Shown here piece by piece: positions 24,029-38,080 of a stretch of 64,000 nucleotides of DNA; the stretch's first letter is position 1, and every line of letters starts with the position of its first letter. Source of the DNA: Podarcis cretensis (taxonomy: Eukaryota); assembly GCA_951804945.1 (NCBI GenBank), contig OX638154.1:62186001-62250000 (forward strand), given 5' to 3'. The notes under the pieces are model-generated. The model was given only the letters and a program-made list of their open reading frames with translations. It did no database searches and was not told where the DNA came from. A program made the translations under genes and the position numbers.

Positions 24029-27000
24029 TTCTAAATAGCCACATGTGCAAAGAATACTCAAGTTACAGAAAAAAATGTCAACCATATGTAACATACAAGA
24101 TTAGTGGTAATAAAATTGAATTAATTGTGGTTTTGGCAGTCAAGACAACATAAGGGCCATATTTTAGAGTTTTAGACAAATCCACATGTATCTCAGAGTT
24201 CGCTATAGATCTGCAGTATGTGGGGCTACTTAAATGCACATCCTGCTTGGTAGTCTGGCCTGTCATTCAAAATGGATGGCAGAAAACTAACATCTCGGAG
24301 GTGATGATAGTGCTATGGATTTTAATTCTAATGCCAGTCATACTGGTTGAGACATGTTCTGATAAATGAAAAATGAAATTTTCAAACATTCTTTACTGCC
24401 TGCTGTGTATCTTGGCAAATAATCATCATAAGGGTTTAGCATAAAAAAATTCCAAGGAGCACTCTGGCATAGGTTTTTAAAATAAGTGTTTCATAATAGC
24501 ATACTGTAAGTACGGACTTATGCCCTTAGACCCAAGAACTGGCTGTTTCCTGTACTTGCGCAATGATAGGGAAAGTTTTGACTTTAAAGGGTGGTGGTGG
24601 TGAGCATTTTCTTTACCAGATATGATTATGGGAAATGTGCGTGCTCGTAGCTTTCAGGATTATGGGTTATTCTCCTGTTTACTTTTTTGAAAAGAAAATG
24701 TTATCCATTTTCTCTAAGGCAAATAAATTGTTTCTAAATCTCTACATATAGATAGCCCAGCTGATAAACAGTTTCATAAATAGAGAATGCTGTCTGCCCA
24801 AAGCCAGCATCAGATATGCAGTGTTAGTCAAACGAAGAAGATGAGAATGAGGAATAGAGAGAAAGAAAAGAAAGGTATCTGTTGGTTTGCTATTAAACTG
24901 AAGTTCCAGATTCTTGCTTGAACATGTCTGAGTTCAAATGAGGCAACTTTCAGTGCTTCACCAAGTGCTTAAATTTAGGTGACGGAAACACTACTTTGCT
25001 AATTTGAGCGGAATGTTTAAAACAAAGTGTTACTGTTTAATCTGGGCACATGACGTGCGAATGAATGTTTGAATGAAATGACATAATTGTTGGTTAGTCT
25101 GTATAATTTAGAGAGGGGGCCTATCTCAGCACAAGTTTCAGTTCATAAGCATTGGGAAGAATTCTCATTTTGGAGGGAGAAATTATTTGCCTTCAAAAAC
25201 AAGAAGTACAGCTTTCTTCTTTTCTCATATTTGTCAGCCTGTAAAAAATAAAGATATATCTCAGACTTGCTTATATCCATGCCTTTCAGCTGAAGAGCAT
25301 TTTTCTTAACCTCTTTCCTCACATTGCGTATGATATTTAATCCATCATGTTAACTTTAAACAATAATACACAAGCTGTTGCTGGCAGTAGCATAAAACTG
25401 ATGGTCCATCTGGAAAGCAAAAACACTAATCAGGGAAATAAGAGAATTAAAACTGTTTAGGGGTATATTTGCATGAATTAAAAGAAAAAGAACCCAGAAT
25501 GGAGAACATTGTATTTAATAGTTTTTTAACAGGCAGTTTATTAATTGTTTTGTGTTCTCGCTGAGAGGAATTCCTAACACAAAATATACTTATTTTCCAG
25601 CTAGCCATTATTCTTAGAAGGTTGCTGTTGTTTTTTAAAAAGTAAAGTAATAATGCTTAAAAACCACAGTCAAGAGAGTTATTTTACCTCGTAGAATACA
25701 TAGTCAAGGATTCTGTGCAAAATGTTGCATTTTGTATTCTTTTTCATGACTCATAGAGGAATAATAGAGACAAGATCCATCAACCAATTTGACTCTAAAG
25801 TTTAAGACAAGTAGTTACAGAGGGCTTTAAATACCAGCTGTAGGATAAGTCAAGTTTCATATTGAATAGTTCTTTTTAACCAATCAAGAGGCTTGACTTT
25901 AGAAAAAGCAGCACAAGAGTACTGCCCTTTAAACAATGAAGGGGCTTTGCATCACGACCCACAATGGTTCATATTATGCCTATGCAGTAGACATCAGAAG
26001 AAAACACAATTATGAGATTAAAATCTTTTAACATATTAATGTTGGGCACAATCCAGCAAAATTTAAGCCTCAAGTCCCATGGATTTAATTTAGAATAATT
26101 GAAGAACATGTATAACTCTGGTATCAATACGACCTAAAAAGTTTCATTTATGGTTGTTAGGACTCTCGCTGATCAAAAGTGAGTGTTCCCATTTTCTGGA
26201 ATAAAATACATCTTCCATTCCTTACGTTGTTTTGCCAGTAGATTTCAGGTTTCTTGTTCAGTACATTTTATGAGAAATTTTTTGCCAATAGTTTATTTTG
26301 AGGGCATGAAGCGGCACTATAATATTTTGCTGATATTTTTTGTATCAACATGTATGGGGCATATATTTGTGTAAACCACCCCTTCCAAAAAATACTACAG
26401 CTACAATTTTAAAATTTATTCTGTTGTTAGGAAAGTTGTTAGCCTTTGATTTTATGAAGACATCAGAAAGCAAATAGGCAAATTATATAAATAAGGAGAT
26501 TTTTAAATAATAATAATAATGAGACTTGCTAAACATCTCTGATGATTGTACTGAAATATATGCTTTTAGCTTTAAATGACTATACATACAGTGCTGTTGA
26601 GATAGTGGAAAATTTTACACTGAGGAATGGCAGTAACCCAAGTTACCTGTAGGATTTGGAGTCATATGGAAACACTTAAGGCGCAGTGGAAAACTTTTTG
26701 AAATACACTGGAATGAACTAGCAGCATTATTCAATAGAAAAAGGAATATGGATTGCACCAGTAAGAAATATTACACACATACACACCCTTTGAGATATAT
26801 ACTTCAAGTCATATGCTGGTATTTATCCAGTTTTTCATTTATATTTTACAAGCAGCCTGCCTATAGAAGTTACACACTTTGAAAGGTATGACTTTTGTGC
26901 TTCCTAAGACTCTAGAAGAGTAGATAATGATAATATAATATAATATAATCCAAAATGTTTATGGTGCTAGATGCCAGAGCATCTGTCCTCTTCACAATAA

Positions 27001-27950
27001 TTAAAACTGACTTATCCATAAACAATAAATAACAGGCTACCCACTCAGGCAGCCAGAAACTCACTGCCACATAAGCTCACTAGCTGCACCCATCTGCCAA
27101 ATAAAATCCTCCTTGCTGCCTTCTATTGTCAAAAAAGGCCTGACTAAATAAGCATGCCCAGGACTGATACGGTCTGATTCTTTTCCGTAGGTCATTCTTC
27201 AGAAGGGAACCTTGGCCAGCTCTTCCTTTTCTGAGGGTAGTCATAAGTCCCTCTGCTTGACACCCATTCTGTGTGTCCCAAAGAACAACAAAAACTCAAT
27301 TCTGTTTTATTAGGATAAACCAACAAGTACCTCTTTTTTCCTTATGTAATTTAATTAAGTTATTTATTACCAACTTTTTGGAACACAGGAGTGTAGGGGG
27401 GTGGCAGCTACCTCTTGAACCCTAGGGAAGAAGTGACTTAATGACTAGAAAATAAAAGAGAATTTGCTTGGGAAAACTGTGGAATTAAAGTTCCAGATGA
27501 AACATGCACCAGTGATGCATAACATTTTTGTTAATTGGGTCTTAACAGGTTTCCCACTCACGCTGCAATCATTTTAGAAATGGGTCACACTAGGCAGCGC
27601 CGGCAGGGTATCCCTGCAGCTTATAGAACATTTGCCTTGCAGTAAAACGGCATCTAAATTTGGGCTCATCTGATTGCGTAGTGAATATGCCTGACTTCAG
27701 GGGAGCTACACCAATTTGTACCCATTTGATGAGCTTGTTGCCTCTTTACAGCTGGAAAACCCAAGCCGCAGCGTACTTGGCCTTACAAGCCCCATTAGTG
27801 TGTGTAGAGTTGGCATCTGTACAGAGCTGCTACTTAAAAAAAGAGAAGGTCTTAAGAACCTGTCTGCATACATCCAAACTATTTAGATAATAAGAACGGT
27901 TTGGATAATTAGACTCGATGAATGAGAGACCTGGGTCCATGACCTCACAG

Positions 27951-27953
27951 AAA

Positions 27954-28000
<47 letters not shown>

Positions 28001-28001
28001 A
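27951..28001. repeat. (AAAT)n microsatellite
   Basis: Directly visible. Confidence 0.95.
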
Positions 28002-31000
28002 TTTGCCCCTTCTGCAATCATTACAGGGTCCATGCCGCTAAGGGGAGAATGTGTAATGCCAATTTCATGTATCAAAGTGAATTCAGATATTCAAGTAGGC
28101 ATCATCTCAGAATACACGTGGAGGATAAATTTGCCCAGATAATGATTTCAGTCTGTGATTACAAGTATATTAAGAGACAACTGTCTTTCCATGTGCAGGG
28201 AAGCATTGGTTTGAAGGCTTTATAGAAAACCCACCAAAACACCTCTTAGGCATTTAGGGATAGTAGAGTTACACAGAGGACCATAGCACTTGCTTGCTCA
28301 AACAGTTGAATCGGCTGACTTGCTACAGCCAGTATGAAAATGTGCAATAGATGCCAATCCCACAGTAGGCATCTTATTTTATTATCCTAATCTTTCCCCA
28401 CTGTGTGTTCTGAGTTTCTGGGGTAAACTCCAAATATAAATTCTGAACTCAAAGGAGTTCAGAAGTTTCTGGCTTTTGCAATCCCTGCCTCTTTCTTACA
28501 TTATTTAAAATGTTTAAAATGTTGTATTAGTTACAACGGTTGATAGGAGTTTGTATGGTTAAGATGCCAAGTCCACATTTCTTATTATTTGAGTGAATGA
28601 AGGACTCTGGTTCTATTACAGGCTTATATTTGTCCCAGTTTACATATGCATCCTATATATTAGCCTATACTCTGCCATAGGAATGATTGAGTAGCCATTT
28701 TTACCTGTTAGACTTCATTCTCTCCAAATGATGTGCCTGGGCTACATTGCTTAAGATTTTAGAGATGGGGTTTGTGTCATAAGATTTAATGCCCTTCTGT
28801 ACACAAAAAAAATCTGACGCTACGATTCTATGATTCTATTTTTCTATGTGCAGGGATGTTTTTTGGTAGATGCAAGAAAGTAAGTCCCCATTACCCACGT
28901 TTATCATTTCAGTTAACACCACACTCTAATCCTGTTGATTTCAGTTGAGTGGCATTGCTTCAGTGCCCAGTAAATTGTCCACTGTTGAGAACTAGCATTT
29001 GGAAGAGAAACTTAAAATAAACGACACTTGCCCTCATGGGGCTGTCTGTCGAGTGGTGGCAGCATATCTGTATACCACCATTAAATCAGCTGTGGGGAGT
29101 CTTGTGATAGTCTAGCATTAGAATCAACTTGTCTGCTAGTGGGGCAACATGGCCATTTGGTAGCCAGAAGCTAGTGAGGAATGCAGCTCACATGTACTAG
29201 GGTGATGGAATTGACCTGTCACCAGAAGGACTTGTGGAGGGTATTGCAAGATTTCCTTTAAGGTTAGTGGGAGATGGTAGAGAGAGCCAAGCTGGGCAAA
29301 CTAGTGGCATTTGGAGGAGCCGTTTAGTTGTAAAAGCAGGAAAAAGACTCCTATAATTTTAATTTAATGAAAGATATGAAAGCATTACAAGGACCGGAAA
29401 ATATTCTTTGTGTTACTAGAGTGTAAGGCAGGGTTCTTGATGGGCCTCAGAGTGATTTGGGATGAAGCCTGGGACCCCAGGAGATAATTGTGGCAAGACA
29501 GCCACCCTAAGCACAACATTAGAAATTAAACAGCACCCCTCTATTCTGGTCCTATTTTCATTTCCGTGGTAATGTTTTGAAGTTAAATTAAGTTGTCATC
29601 TATTTTAGTCCAAGTTACAGTGTCCAACTGTTTTGATTCATTTAAGCAGTGACAATTCACATGAGTCAGAACCAGTTAGGATAGGGTAACATTGTCTAGT
29701 CCCAGTGTGTGGGGAAACGGTAAAACCTTTCTGTTTAACCCAATGCCCAAACTATCCAGTCAAACAATTGTGTTGATGTAGAGGCATCTTGAAAATCTCT
29801 TTATCACCTTTTTAAAAGAAAGAGTGGCTCAAAAGATGGAGGTGTCATTCTCTTACTTTTGTCTGTTTGAGCCGGTCAGGCTGGAGACAAAGTCCTATAA
29901 TAAATTAGATCTTAATCCTTTCCCCTAAAGTAAGATTAGAGCATTAATTGGTATATTAAAAATTCACCCAACTGTGGTAATTCCTCTGTTTTAAAAGTGA
30001 AGCAGCCTGTGTTTCACTAAATCCTACCCTTTTTCTTTCTCTCCAGAAGTATCTTCACTAAGCAAAATTATTCTAATGCTCCAAAAGTTACCATGATGTT
30101 ATCTTGCTAATTAGTGCCGTGGAAAAAAAGATCAATTAATGTTATAATTAAAAACAGTGTGTTTAGAATGGTTGTTTGTGGTGAATGAATGTGACAACTA
30201 CTTTGTTCACTGGTGATGTGTGGTGTTTCTATACAGGCCTTTGCTGTTATTTACATAAAGGTCCTCAAGAGGCACCCTCATTTTCTGTCAAAGTGGCATA
30301 ATGTACATGTGCATGTATGTGTGCACATAAGGAAACAACTGTAGAAAATGTTTGTCTCAGTTGCTTGGAATTATGCTTAATTCAGTGAACAGTTGCTCAG
30401 CATTATGTTATGGTGCACTGTGATGAGAGGCAATGTATTCAGATCAGTTTTGAGGGTGAGACTTTCCCCAAAAATCAAGTAGATATTGGACACTTCATAC
30501 CCCTGTTAAACCCTAGAAAGAAATGGAATTGCCCACACCTATGTCCTATTTGGCACAAATGAACTGAGATGCCTTAGGAAGGGGACACCTAAGGCAGATG
30601 GAGAACCCAGTTGGGCACTTGTTGCACATATGAGTAAGTTAGAACTAGTAAGAGCCCAATGTTGTGACCCTACCCTAGGACCCGTGTTTCAGTTAATGGG
30701 GGAAGAGGTTGGAAGGCTCTTTATGAACTCAACAAACCTCATTGATGACTCCCTCTAGTTTTAGCCAAATAATGAGCCCTGTAAACTTTTAAAAACAGTG
30801 GCCGAGAGGGCCAAAATAAAAGGTAAGGGAAGTGCCCAGGATGTTTGGTATTTCTGACAGTTTCCATTCTTTCTCTGTGTATCTCCCTTGAACTGACTGG
30901 CAGTCATCACATGCAAGGCTGGAACAGCTAGCCAGTGGTTTGTACTGCCATTTTGAAGAACACAGCTGCCTATATTAGCAGTGGTCGAGTCTGCTTCTTA

Positions 31001-31170
31001 AGATGCCTCCACAGTGCTAATAGGTATAGCCAATGGATAAAGAGAAAGATAATGGGGAGCATGGTTAAATCTGAATAACTAAGTCCTGCATATTTTTCAC
31101 AGCTGAACCCTTCACTGGGAACAAATTTTTATTTTGTACTAAGTGTGATTAAGCAGTATGCTAACTGTAT

Positions 31171-31211
31171 AAACAAACAAACAAACAAACAAACAAACAA
31201 ACAAACAAACA
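31171..31211. repeat. (AAAC)n microsatellite
   Basis: Directly visible. Confidence 0.95.
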
Positions 31212-32282
31212 GGAGCTTCCCTGCAGATACTGCTGAGGAACCAAGTGATGCACAGTGTCCTTAGTTAGTAAAAACGTTGTTTTTGCTCAGTTGCTGAGTG
31301 CATATTTGAAACAGCGTAATAGATCACCATTCACTGTTAAAAACTGCAAAGGAGAGCTACACATTTGCAGGAGTTGGAAAAGAACATCCTAAGGTCTGGG
31401 TCAACTTATTTTAAAGCGTTTGAGACTTTTAAGTGGAATATACCCTTGCCTTAGCAGGCTGTATACTGCAACTGCAGCATCCCCCGAAAGGCCAGTATTT
31501 TGGCTCTAAACTCAAAAGTACTTAGTCTAGAGTTGTCCTATTAATCTCGGTGCCATTTTTCTGAGGTAAGTTACTGCAAAATAGCAACCACTATTTTTAA
31601 CTCGTTTATGCTGTCAAAATTCAGACTTTTAAATGTTGTATGGCTGTCGAACCTACTCCATTTATATAAGAGTGATGTTTATTGCAGTGCAGGAGGGCAG
31701 TATGTATTTTTGAAGTTCTGCTTGGCCTTTTTCAGGGATAGAGCAAGCTGTTCTTCATATATCGTATCTTGGGAAAGCTCTGTTACAGTTAAACGTGGAA
31801 CAGTATCTCCATAGGAGCTGTTGCCAAGCAGATACATGGTTTTGGAATGTTCCCAGCAAACTTCCACAGTTGATACTCTAGCGACGAGCTCGCCTTTCTT
31901 TTCCTTTTCCTTTTCCTCAGTTAAAACTCTTCAAATAGCCAAAGGATAGAATTTTGCATTGGCCTGCATCCCTAAATCCCCCTCAGTAACCATAATTCAC
32001 TGTGGGTGATCTGTATTCATTCCACCATGATAACCACAATTAATTTTATATATATTTAAAGCTGACACAGAACTATTTGTGAGAGGTGGTTTCTGTACAA
32101 TTGTAAGGGCACAATTTTGTGAGACACTACACTGAAGCATTAGCTCCTAGGATACCAATTCTCTGGGGCTGACACTCGGACCTAATCTCATACCAAGAAC
32201 TGCAGCAGTCATGTGCATACCTAGCATTGTAGTGCTTTGAATCACATGGGGTATTGAGGAAGGCAATAGCTACAGGATGAAA

Positions 32283-32850
32283 AAGCACTTCTGGGGCTGC
32301 ATTGTGGAGCTGCCATAGTACGCCATGGACCTGTAGCAGAATATTGTCAGTGGCTAACTGGACAGAGCTCCATGTCTTTTCCCTGAGTCTTACAGCTGCA
32401 GCAGCTCAAATGCTGCAGCACCTGAAGGAACCCCATAGGAACAGGCTGCCACTATGTCATGGTCCATCCATGACATCATTCCTCTGCTGCCCATCCCATG
32501 ATACAGTATATTTTACCACAGCCAGAATTAACTATGGTCGGTTGCAGAAGACCTACTGTCCTTCATTTCCCCAGTTTCAGAAGGCTATGAACTTTGGCAA
32601 CAAAGCAGTTCAGATTGGGAGCTTATATCGCAGCTGGAGAATCCACTCTTTCCTTGCTCTAGTGATCTGGGCAGCGCTTCCATGCGCTTCCCACTCCTCT
32701 TGAGTAGCTTCCTGTGCAATTATCCGAGCACTGCCCTGACACTGTCCTTACATTGGAGGGTGAATGTTTGCAGCCGGAAGCCTGCTGTATTTGTGGAGAT
32801 GCCCTGCCCAGTTAAATACTGTGCACTGGGTTCTAAAGCACACAGACAAC
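32283..32850 (+). pseudogene. Possible ancient PIF/Harbinger DDE transposase remnant
   Basis: Collinear degenerate motifs across several frames: KHFW...QNIV..NW; SIHDIIPLL/CPSH..YF....NY..LQ; TLEG...ICGDA.P...WVLK. See the finding for details. Confidence 0.3.
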
Positions 32851-34153
32851 ATCCAAGAATACAGGAGCCACCCCACTGTACACATTCACCCTCCAGTATG
32901 TAGGGTGCAGCTGGGTTGGGCTGAAGGACGGAATTGAGGAACCTGGGCTAACAAATGTATTTTCACGCATCTTCACAGGATCCTAATGGTGTGGGAGAAT
33001 GCAAGTCCAATTAGGACTAGATGAGATATCTAGATTGGTCCAAGTTGAAGCAATGCTATGCTTTAAAGTAGAATATGCTTACCTAATAAATTGCACCTTA
33101 TTTTTACTTTCTGATTGGTGCTTATCCAGAAGAGATAAGGAAAATCAGATCACTACTTGTAGAAAAACAGTGAATTCTATAAAAGGTTTATAAGAACTCT
33201 AGAATATAGCAAAAAGTGGATGGAAGGCTTCCCTACACAATAGAGGGGCTTTTGTCTCAGTTCACTCTTGGCAAGGAGTTCTAAATACTGTTGTTAATTT
33301 CCTATCTTTCACTAGACACAGAGCTAAAACAAGGGAGCAATTTATTATTATTATTTTGTTTAAGCTGTGTTTTTATTTATTTATATATACATATATTTTC
33401 CAAGCCCAGTTCCTAGCAGGATATCCTTGTTTATGCTTCAAGTTCCGGGACTTTTTTTCTTTAAAAAGCTAACCTTAAAAAGCCTTACTCACAATACCTT
33501 CTTTTATTTTTAAAAGCCAGTTTCTATTCATAAACACATGTGAATGTTCTTACTAGTTTTCTTGTTTTAGAGATACTGGTAGTGACATTGGCATTTGCCT
33601 TAGATCGACTTTGTGACATGCACACTGCCATAGAGCATTGGGGGGGGGAGGGGAGAGATCGAATTTAGTTGTCACAAGATTTACACAGGAAAAGGCAAAA
33701 GGAAAACTTTGAAACTATAAGAGACCCAGTTTTTCCCTGTTGAACATTTTTGGATCTTTACAAGATTTAGATGGCTGGCCAGGATTAGATAGTGCTTCCA
33801 GCCCTTCAATGAGGTTTGATATGTAAAGGGTGCTGGATTATTACAGTACATAGCTGTACTGATTTTTATTTCCATTGCCTAATAATGCACATGGAACTGA
33901 TTGAGTCTTTACAATTCAGTGCAGTATTTATTGTACTGGATGCAAGAAGGAAGGTGTCTGCATGTTCACAGAAACTCTAATACGATTCCAACATAGATGT
34001 GACAATCATAGGGCAGTGTTGTGCAACTTGTAATTTCTTGTTTTATGTTGATGGTTTTGTTGACTGATTGCTGTCATTCTTGTAGTTGAACTGATAGTGG
34101 AAAGGCAAGGTAAAAATACAAAAGGTAAATACAGTAAAATTAAGACTTATTCA

Positions 34154-34265
34154 GCTTGGATAGCTCAGTTGGTGAGAGCATGGTTCGATTCCTGCTTATT
34201 CCTGCATTGCAGGAGGCTGGACTAGATTATCATTGGGGTCCCCTCCAGCTCTGTGATTCTATGAT
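34154..34265 (+). mobile_element. Short tRNA-head/CR1-tail SINE (POM-like), internally deleted
   Basis: ggatagctcagttggtgagagcat (A box), ggttcgattcc (B box), then ttcctgcattgcaggaggctggactagat...ctctgtgattctatgat CR1 tail. Confidence 0.75.
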
Positions 34266-37200
34266 CAGGTGAGCAGCTTCCCCGTTGGTCTGGGAACTTG
34301 TATAAAATGTTGTTTTAAACAAGAAAGGATAGGGGGACCTTTTGCATAGGTCTATTCGTATTCTGTCTGTAAAAGCTGGTTGTTCAACATTCACTGCGTT
34401 CTGTTTTTGTCCCCTTCTTGTTTATAATACCTGTTTCATTGCCTTCTGTAAAGGGTGTACCTGAAGGCAGCAAGCAAGCTGATGGAATTTTAGTTAGTTG
34501 GTGGTGTGCTGATCCTGGCTCATCAGTTTTTGACACTAAGGTACAGCTGTTTATTTGGTAGTGTCCAGACTATGGATTCCCCTCCCAGGGAGATTCATAT
34601 GGCCACACATTACAGGTCTTCTGTTGAACTATAAAGGGTTTTGCTATTTTTCTGTACCTTTGTTTTGAATGACTTTTTATGCCTCTGTCTCTTTTACCAT
34701 TTAACTTTTATTGTGGAACTTTTTACTGGGTTATTTTGAGGCATCTTTTTTTAGTTCTATAATCATGTTGCTTTATTATTATGATATTTACCCATTTTAT
34801 TATTTTAAGTCACTTTGAAGGCCTTAGATGGAAATACATCCTGTAAAAGTACATACATACATACAATGACTTCTAATTTAAGGACATCGTCTAATCAGCC
34901 ATTTCTTTCATACATAGACATTCTGTTTTTGGACACATATCATGTGAATACATCAAGTTTTGTTCTTTGCTACAGTTTGTGGTTAACTGTGAGCCTTGGT
35001 TCAGATGACATACTAAGCTAAACCTTGTCTTAGCTCAGCATGGCATAGGAATAAAAACCTGCATGTTCACATCCCAGTAAGCAGTAGTTTGATTTACTGT
35101 GTTGTGTGATTGTGGTCTATAGCTTAGTGAGCTGGAATTGACTATCTAGTTTGAGCAAAGGTGCAGAAATCTAGGCAGCCAATAGATATTGGTGCCTGAA
35201 AAAAATTGATGATGAGTTGCTGCCTAGGTCAGGAATTAGGCTCCTAAGCTTTGCACCCTTGAATATGAGATTATGACTGTAGTTATACCAGAAAAGAAGG
35301 TCTCACTGAAACCAACTGATATGATAAACCACCTAAAAGTTCCATTCAAGTAGACATATTTTAACAATGTAATGGAATAACCTTGCCACCTTGACCTCTC
35401 AGTCTCAACTTCTGGAATTTAAGAATGTGCTCAAATGGTTTCCTGTGCTGGGTTAGACTGTAAGTGACACATATGTTGGCGCTACTACTCCTAGCTTTTA
35501 TCTGAGTTCTTGTTTCCCCTCTATTTTAAAAGGGCTCTTCAAACATTTCAAATGAATGATTTTTAAAAAATGCACATCTTTGATATACTGTTATGCTGCT
35601 ATGTGCTTGATATAGTGTTATGCTATATTAGTTTAGTAGCGGTATAGTCTTGATAACTGCAAAGCCCCCAATCATTGTTTTGCTTATGTGCAAATAATGT
35701 GTTAAAAATATATGGAAATATAACACTAGGATTTTTCATTTCTGTAACTTATCTGCCTGGATATCTCTTGTATGCAACTTATGCTTGCAAGTGAAACACT
35801 AGATAATAATTAAGGATAACTTGAGTGTCCTGCACTTGAAAAGAGGCCTTTCGTTTCGAATGTTACTTCAGGTTTTCATTAATCCTCAATCACCTTTCCA
35901 AAACTGCATGGGGAAAAAGTCGAAAGGGCACTGTAAAATGGTGTGAATACCACCTGCTTGACATTAAATCAGACCAGGAATGTGATATTCACAGTAATCC
36001 GTTTTTATTTAGATTTTTAAATCCCTTCAGATTAACAAGTCAATGATAAGTGCAGGCTGTGAAACTGATTACCACTTGCATACTTCCAGATACAAAATAT
36101 ATCACTTGGTTCTGTGTGCATTGATTATCTTGGTCTGAAGGAACAGAGCACCCCATAATACCCTTTTGAGTTCTAAAAAAGTAACCAGACAGGGAGGAAC
36201 TGGTTTGGTCATTTATTTACCAAAAAGAAAATCTGTATGCCAAAATGAAACATTTCAGCAAACAAAAATTTATCACACATCAGTCGGGATCACATTTCTG
36301 TCCCCCTTTCCCAGATAGCTGAGGCTAAGTTAATTTAAACATGTTGGACTTCTGCTTGACTTGCCATTCTTTTCCTCTCTGATTAGCCTTAAACCCTCAG
36401 AGTTCCATGACCTTAATAAAGCTATTTTTCTTGACAAGTTAAAAACTGCCTTAACAAGCAAAGCTCATCTGGCTGAAACTGAAGCCAAGTTAAGTTGATG
36501 TTTTAGATCCTCATTAAAGTCCACAGCATGAAGCACAAGGTGTGTTGTGTGTGTGTGTGTGCGCGCGCACACACGGACGTGTGAGACAAACTGTGCACTA
36601 TGAAACATATTGGCTTTACATTTAATTAGACAATTTATATGCAACCCAGTAAATACCCTGGGAATGTAATCAACATTAGGGTTAATAAGGAGTGTTTGGA
36701 GGACGAAAACCCTAAATTTTTCACCAAGAAGAAAATTAACACTAAGAGCCAAAAAGGAAAAGCTAACATGAATCTCAGTATTGATTGGGATAGTAATCAT
36801 ATGGTATTCTTACAGAAGTTGGGTGTGTGTGTGGAATTACTATGACCTTCCTCAATTCTGTTTGAGCTTTGCCTATACTCGGTGCAAATAGATTGCTCTG
36901 AAATATGTTGTAAAGGAAAGTTGTAGTTACTGAGTTTTTATTCTCTGTTCAGTCCTTGCCCTCAGTTGATGCTGACTCATGGAGAGTCAGTAAAATTCTG
37001 GCTGCTTTGGACAAGCAAATGGGAGAATGAAAGCAATGAAGGAAAGCCCCTCCGAGTAAATGCTATGACTGGTTTGGCAATATGCTGGGAAATGCAGACA
37101 AAATGTGGTCGTGCAGCCTTCCATTTGGAAGATGTCCCTCAGATTCATTAGCATTGTGTCTGTTACTAGGCTTATCAGCTAAACAGCCAACAGACATAAT

Positions 37201-38080
37201 CTGTGGCTTATATTTTTTCTAATGCTTTTTTTTTTTCCAAGGGGCTGCTGACGGGACATAATCCACTGTTTTTTATTGCATTGCCTCTGGATGTGTTGTA
37301 GCTCAAACAAACAGATAATTCAGGGGCTCCAAACTTCTTTCCTTTAGGGCTAGAGTGGTGGGGTCTTGGCTACCTTCTCACAAACTCCAGGGCTGTTTAA
37401 AGTAAACAAATGATTTGTTCATGTTGGAAGCATCTTATTGCCCAGCCAGAGATACAGCGGCAGAGTAAAATTTGATTTCAAGTCATGATGAATACCCTTG
37501 ATAAGGAGTAAATCAGTACATTATAATTAACTGTATTTCACTGCAGGGCTGTATTTGCTTTGTGGCTTTTACTAATTTCAAGAATAGGGGTGTGTGTGTG
37601 TGTGTTTAGTATTAGCCTACTAAACATACCAGATTCCATATGTCCAGAGTAGAATTGCAAATGTTTTTCTCCTGTCAAGAGTTTCTGTACTTTTAACAGC
37701 TGTATGCCAAATTCAGTAGATCAGGGTATGGTTTGAGAAACACTCAATCTAACCACTTTATTTTTTGCCAGCACAGCCAAATAGGATCCTAATGTACAGA
37801 TTTCATGAAAACAAGGAATATTTGTGGATAGGTTTTCAAGAGTCTTTAAAAGCTGAGTACTGTACTGTGTCACTCAGGACTGTGCCATATGCAACAGTGT
37901 ACTATTTCCATTATGGAAAACCACATGTAGTCTCATTCTGTGTGACACGTACAGCACAGCCTAGAGTAGTTCGTATATACCAGGTTTTCATGTGCAAGTA
38001 AACACTTTGTCATTGGTGATAGATATGGTCTAAATGTGGTTTTTCTACATGGAAGTGATATCCATGTAGAAAATCAATTG

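Noticed and set aside
27587-27602. CTCF-like motif ACACTAGGCAGCGCC
   Set aside because: Mismatches at core positions; not supportable without ChIP data.
28854-28879. Apparent micro-exon tgtgcAG|...|GTAAGT
   Set aside because: The GTAAGT belongs to the common aagtaagtccc(c)att palindromic repeat motif, and no recognisable peptide results.
34154-34192. tRNA-like sequence
   Set aside because: The anticodon arm is deleted and it runs straight into a CR1 tail, so it is a SINE head. The same applies to the other A/B-box sequences.
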